Below, piece after piece: positions 57,631-64,000 of a stretch of 64,000 nucleotides of DNA. The position numbers and the translations under genes are program-made. This DNA is from Chrysomallon squamiferum (taxonomy: Eukaryota > Animalia > Mollusca), in the NCBI GenBank assembly GCA_012295275.1, contig CM022672.1, forward strand, positions 4,650,001-4,714,000, given 5' to 3'. Numbering within the stretch: position 1 is the stretch's first letter; each line of letters starts with the position of its first letter. The notes below the pieces were generated by a model. That model did no database searches. It saw only the letters and a program-made list of their open reading frames with translations, and was not told the DNA's origin.

Positions 57631-58486
57631 TAGTTATGGAGCCCACGTATTATTATCAATCCCATCCCAAAATCCGCGCTTGTGTACTTTTTTTTTTTCA
57701 CAGCTTATTTCGTGTTTCTAACGGAAGGTGTTTTTAAAACCCTTTCAAATACTTCAGCTACTTGTTGAGATAATGTTTGCAGGACTCGTTGGAGGTTTTG
57801 GCAGTTTATCGTGATCACTTTATCATTTTCGTTTGTTTGTTCTTGGTCATGTTATTTTAAGCACCGGGTATTTGCGCACTTTATTCTAGCACAGTAAAGC
57901 TTTGTTCACACCATGCAACTTATCGCACTGATTTGAAACACGTTGTGTAAATAGTTATATAATATTACTCATTTATTTCTTTTGTTACTTGTTATTAATT
58001 TTATTTACTATTTATTAAATTAAAGCGATTTTCTCGCTATAGGATTTGTATAATAGCATGAGATTAATGTACTGAAATATAAGAATCCTTCTTAAATTTT
58101 AATGAGCTATTACATTACGTAATAGAATTATAATATTTATTATTTATTTATTTTTACTATAAGTTACATAATGGAAATGAATCTTAAATAAAATCTGATA
58201 AAAAAAAAAAAAAAAACTTAAATTCGTACGATCGGCTCCTTCGATAATCGTTGTTTGATAATCGTACGATTATTGTCTGTTCATGATTAATCGCTGATAG
58301 ACATAATGTGACAGACTAGATCACGAGTCACTACACACAGTTACTTTAACACGTTTAACTCACTGTACTACACATGTCCGGTGCACGCCAGTTAATTCTG
58401 TTACTTCAGCTATTTGTACGAACTATCTGAGGTATTTCTGAATCTTTATTATATTTTATTTTATTTTATTTTATTTGTTTGAATGT

Positions 58487-58517
<31 letters not shown>

Positions 58518-58665
58518 TTCATTTTGTTTGTTTGTTTGTTTCTTTATTTCATTATTTCTTTCTTTCTTAATTAATTAATTAATTTATTTATTATTTTAAT
58601 TTTTTTCTTTCTTCTTTTTTTTTTTTTTTTTTTTTTAGATAAAACTCTACATTTTCCCATTAACA

Positions 58666-58702
<37 letters not shown>

Positions 58703-59199
58703 CTTTTACATGTACCTTGCCAAATGTTGAAAAGCCCAGACTTTGAAAACCAGTAATAAGTCAGTTAGTCCAGCGTCTGTGTTGAAACAGCTGGTCGCTG
58801 GAAATGCAGCTTTGCCAGACTTTCAAGTTTATTTCCGCAGTTTTCAAACATCGTCGCCCACTTTTTGTTTTTGTTTTTTTGCCAACAGAATTTTCCAATC
58901 TGTTAATAAGCAAAGACCCACGAGAACCGTGATCGAACCGTCTGCGATTACTTCTTACTGACGTCTTGTCAACGTGTTTACATGTACTGACCGCAAGGGA
59001 CTGTTATTTACCGTATCTCTAGACAAAGCAGACGTGTTTCTGGAAAATACGGGCCATATTTAGTTCCTGGGTGTCTGAATACAGACAGGCAACATACGTG
59101 TATATAAAATACTGACCATTCAATATTCAAAAACTGTTTACCGCTGTTTATTTGGTTATTATTATTATTTTTTTTTTTTTGTGTTGTTTCTTCGTTGTT

Positions 59200-59240
<41 letters not shown>

Positions 59241-60172
59241 GTTTGTTGGTTTGTTTGTTGTTTTTTTTTTTTTTTTAAATTAAAAATATGCAGGAATGTA
59301 AAAATAAACCATTATAAGAGTCTGAACAGTTTCTTTTAAAAAAAAAATATATCCAGACTTATTAACAGATGTTAATATTTTCTTCTGTAAATACAGATAC
59401 AAATACTGACAACAGCAGCAGTGACGTCAGCTTCACTGTTATCCGTTTCGTCGCTGATGGTGCAATCAACGCTGCTTCACGTGAACGCCAACACCTACAC
59501 AGCAACACGACACAAACGAGAGTTTAACGAACTTCCAGTTGTGAACGCTGTACCAGTGTAATGACCTCTGTAACGTCACTGACAATCACCCTGTCTGTTA
59601 ATCATTATTTGTGTGTTAGCAGACTTCGTCACAATACCAAATAACGTACAGAGAACGTGACTGTACGAGAGTTGAATACGTAACGATATGGTGTTTCTTT
59701 TCTTAATTTGCAGACGTGAGTAAACGTGGCTTGAGACGGAATTGATTTCACTGTCTCGTGGAGAAATGACAACAACAAATAGCACGTGCATTGCATGGTG
59801 TTTTCGTGTCGCTGAAGTGAGTGAAGTACTTCTTAATGTGTATTGGAAAAAAAAAATAGCAGCTTATGGTGAAATAAATATTCTTTGGGGAGAGGGTAAG
59901 GGAGAGAAAGAGGGGGAGAGAGAGAAATAATATAGTGATAAAAAGAATAAACAGCGAAATGAAGAGATAGATAAAAATGAAGGGACATCAACAAATTAGA
60001 AAAAACTAAAAGATTGTCTATGAACCAGAGAGATAAAGATTGAATTAGAGAGAAAAGAAAAAGAGAAAAGGAGAAACCTAGAGCATGACAGACATACGGA
60101 CAAAGTAAAGAGAAGGAAATGAATTCGAAAAAGAGAGAGAAGGGATACAGAGACATTCATAGAATCACACAC

Positions 60173-60269
<97 letters not shown>

Positions 60270-61011
60270 ATGCGATCAAGATTTATCTCAATCTATTTTT
60301 TCATTTTTGTTTTTTTCTTAAATTTCGTTTTTCTTTTCATATATATTTTTTTATTTATCTAATTAATCCAGTGAAGCTGTACGTGCTACTAAAAAAACGC
60401 AGTACAGTTTTAAATTATGACACTTCAAAGATTTCACTGAACTGGTTCCTGTAATTGTTGTTTTAATTGTAACAGTTACTCTACTGACCTAAAAAACGCT
60501 TCACCAGTAAGGATTCCAGTCACCAGTTTTTTAAAATTACTTCACCTTCACCTTCACCTTCACCTTCACCCACTTAAACTACAAAACCACAGTTTACTTA
60601 TTTCACCTCTTTGCTCTTTGCCCTAGATCGGTGGATCGAAACTGTCAGTTCGACATCTCTCATATTCGACTTCTATTTTCGGTAAACGTATGTGATACAG
60701 AATTAACTTTTCAAGTTAATGTAATAATTATTGTCTGAGTGTGTCGCATGTGAAGGAATCAGATTTCGAACTGACTGTCTCACGTTTTAAAAACAGGCGT
60801 AGGCTGGTTACAAATTCATTAGTGGTTACTTATAATTTGCCTGTCTTGCTATCTACAATCTGCCAACTTCACATCTTCGTGTAACTGACAGAGAAATAAT
60901 GATTTTACAAGCATGAAAGACAAACTTAACAACAAACAGCAACTAGATAGATAATAGTTAGACTGAGATAGTTAGAAGCACGCACATACAAATATGTAGA
61001 CGAACAGAGAC

Positions 61012-61115
<104 letters not shown>

Positions 61116-61131
61116 ACCACATACACAAACT

Positions 61132-61300
61132 AATTATAATGTTGTTTTGGCAGTGCAGTGAAACATTTCGAAAAGTGATGACTCGTTCCAATCTAATCAG
61201 TAATTTAAACTGAAATTTAAATGCTATACAGACTTGTTATTCAGTGTTTAGTGGTGTTGAGCTCACACATATACATACATAGGTCTTGCCAAGAGTCTCT

Positions 61301-61387
<87 letters not shown>

Positions 61388-62322
61388 GATGATAATCAGA
61401 CACATTTTTTAAAATCTCCATTCATTCTTTTTATATCAGATTCTCACCAATTTTTGTCTTTTGTTGCTGGTTTTCTTCTTCTTCTTCTTCTTTCATTCTT
61501 TCTTTTTTCTTTTATTTCAGACATTCACATTAATCTTTTTGAACATCGATCGGACTTTTCAAACATCAAAGATCCCATTAATATGCTTTTTGTATGCAGT
61601 AATGCATAAAAGAAAACATATCATTTTTGTAATTACTTCAATTAAATCTTGCGCACGCTTAGAAATACATAATGCTCTGAAGAGGTTTAAGACGCATTTT
61701 TTTTTATATTTTTAAAATGCATCATTGTTTGTGATATTATTAACATATTCATCATGCTCAAATATATATATATATATATATATATTTAAGGAAATTAAAT
61801 TTAAAACAAACACGAGCCTGGCTCCTACGTTCGCGGAGTCGACCTTCTGAAAATGGATGTCAGAGACAGTTGATTACTATGACAATTAATGTTCTCTGGA
61901 GCGAACTTGTAAGGTAGTCTTTAAAGAAAAATGTTTTCTAAATACAGATGGCTGTTGTGCAGAGGTTGCCACCAAAACAGATTTGTCTGCATATGTATTA
62001 TGATACAAAGCTCTTACGAAATATAATAAATTACCTTAAATGTAATTTTTTTTAAATAAAAATAAAATAAAGAGAAAAAAAAGAAAGAAAAAAGCAACAG
62101 CCCAAATGAAATACAAAATTGGCTCTAAATATTTAATAATGTAATAATTTTTCCTGAAATGCAAATAACATTTTATAAAACGCAATTACATAGTAATTTA
62201 TTATAATTATAATGTTGTTTAGAAAATGCAGTGAAACATTTCGAAAAGTGATGACTCGTTTCAATCTAATGAGTAAACCTAATGTAATTATTAGGCAGGG
62301 TTGTCTATTCACTGTTTAGTGT
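61132..62322. repeat. Direct repeat pair of ~120 bp (61132-61252 and 62204-62322)
   Basis: ATAATGTTGTTT..TGCAGTGAAACATTTCGAAAAGTGATGACTCGTTYCAATCTAATSAGTAA is present in both copies. Confidence 0.85.
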
Positions 62323-63074
62323 TAACGTTGGGGTATAAAGGGTCCTAGGATCAACACTCGTCGTAGACTGCAATAGGTGTTTTTCTTTCTATGACCTGGT
62401 ACATACAACATATATTTTCCTGCTAATAAAGAATATTTAACTATTTGAGAATTACTATGTATCTAGCTGCTGAATTATAAAATAATAATGAAACATCTCA
62501 TATATTCTGCTACAATAGCTTTGGATGTAAAAATAAATAAAATATATATTAAAACGTCCTCTTATGGTCTACTTAAACAAATGCTTACATTTAATACCCG
62601 ATGACAGAAAATTAACAAATATCTGTGTGATGTCAATAAGCGTGAAAAAAAAAAAAAAAAAAAAAAAACTCAAATTATAATCTTTAAACAAATTTTTATT
62701 GTCGGACGTTTTAGCAGTGCAAACGTAAATTATTTCTGAAAATACCCAGTAAACGTTGAATGATTGAATGTTTAACAAAGATGAACATTTTCTTTGTCCT
62801 GTGGGAACCTAGGCTTGAACGTAACATTAACGTTGCTATTACACTTTACAACTATAAAAAAATCTCCTGTTTTTTTTTTTTTTTTTTTTCTTACCATGAA
62901 TATCATGAGAAGACTTTATAAAACCGATACCTTACAAACATGAAAATATAAAGGAGAAATGTTTGGGTTGGCCCCCCCCCCACCCCTCAGTCCGCCTCTA
63001 CTGGACACACCCAGTGCGCGCCTGAGATCAAAGACATCACAAAGTCAGTATCACCCATAACGTTAAATATATTA

Positions 63075-63200
63075 GAAGACATTTGTAACGGTAAATACAT
63101 CTTTAAAGGTAAATACATTATAAGACTGTTTTAAAGGTTAATTCTTTATAAGACAGTTTTAAAAGGTAAATACATTAAGAACATTTGTAAGGGTAAATAT
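63075..63200. repeat. Degenerate tandem repeat (AAGGTAAATACATT-ATAAGAC-like), about 5 units
   Basis: GGTAAATACAT or close variants recur at ~63090, 63108, 63135, 63165 and 63192. Confidence 0.7.
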
Positions 63201-63363
63201 CGCAACACGCGCTCTCCGCTAAGTGCAGTACTTAGGTCAGACATTCAGTAATGTAAAAACATCGAGGAACAAAATAAAATAAAAAGTTTGCAGAATTCGT
63301 TGTAAAACAGAAATTGAGATAGTTTCATGTTTTCCAAACTGAGGTCTAATTTAGTTCTGCGAT

Positions 63364-63414
<51 letters not shown>

Positions 63415-64000
63415 TTGTTGTTGTTGTTGTTCTTATTATCATCAACATCGTCGTCATCATCGTTGTTGTCATCATCATTATCTTCTCTTTTTTTATCGTT
63501 ACATTATCAACTATTCATTTATTTAATTTTATTTATAAACAAACAAAACGTGATGTGTTAGTGGAGACTATAGCCGGCTTTAGATTGTCAGCACAGTGAT
63601 TTCCATATTCGATTTTCTTTGTCCATGCACGAATCTGCACTGATGAAGGTTTCACGTTATACAAGTAATCTTCGACTCTCGCAAATCCAGAAGACTAAAT
63701 ATTGGTTGACATCAAAGTCGTAATAACTGCATTAATCATTGTTATTTATCACGGTTAGGCTGAATGTCTGAGAGAGATCTTGCTTGCTTAATTTTCAAAT
63801 AAAGGAGATATGTTAGACTGAGTCCTATTTTCCATTTTGGGTTATTTATTTTTGTTTATTTTTTTGTTTATTTTTTATTTTTTTACTGTTTTATTATATG
63901 TTTTTGTTCTTTTAATATGATAGAAGCGATTGTGCGTATATTGTGCGTAAATGTGTGTGTTTGTCTGGACGTTAATGGAAGAGGGATTTGCTTTGTTTCC

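Noticed and set aside
58258-58273. Perfect 16-bp palindrome ATAATCGTACGATTAT, and a short palindrome at ~56217-56235
   Set aside because: Short and isolated; about one such palindrome is plausible by chance in this window.

Overview
This is AT-rich, microsatellite-dense eukaryotic DNA from an invertebrate animal. A lophotrochozoan such as a mollusc is my inference from composition and repeat style only. One protein-coding gene can be supported: a BTBD16 (BTB/POZ-BACK, Germ cell-less-like) orthologue on the minus strand. I reconstructed 12 phase-consistent GT-AG exons from the ATG at 12640 down to 316 (1370 nt, about 456 codons), including a 15-nt microexon. The gene runs off the left edge of the window. 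Its introns are strongly CpG-depleted, and CpG becomes abruptly common from about 12250, around exon 1 and the promoter. The remaining ~51 kb has no recognisable coding exon. It contains microsatellites, 28-bp and 32-bp minisatellites, a ~1.2-kb inverted-repeat structure, duplicated modules with tRNA-derived SINE-like A/B boxes, and islands of unique, possibly regulatory sequence. Almost all other ORFs in the supplied track are simple-repeat artefacts. I found no CRISPR array, intact transposon ORF or clearly novel multi-gene system; the best leads concern splicing of the BTBD16 gene and repeat architecture.
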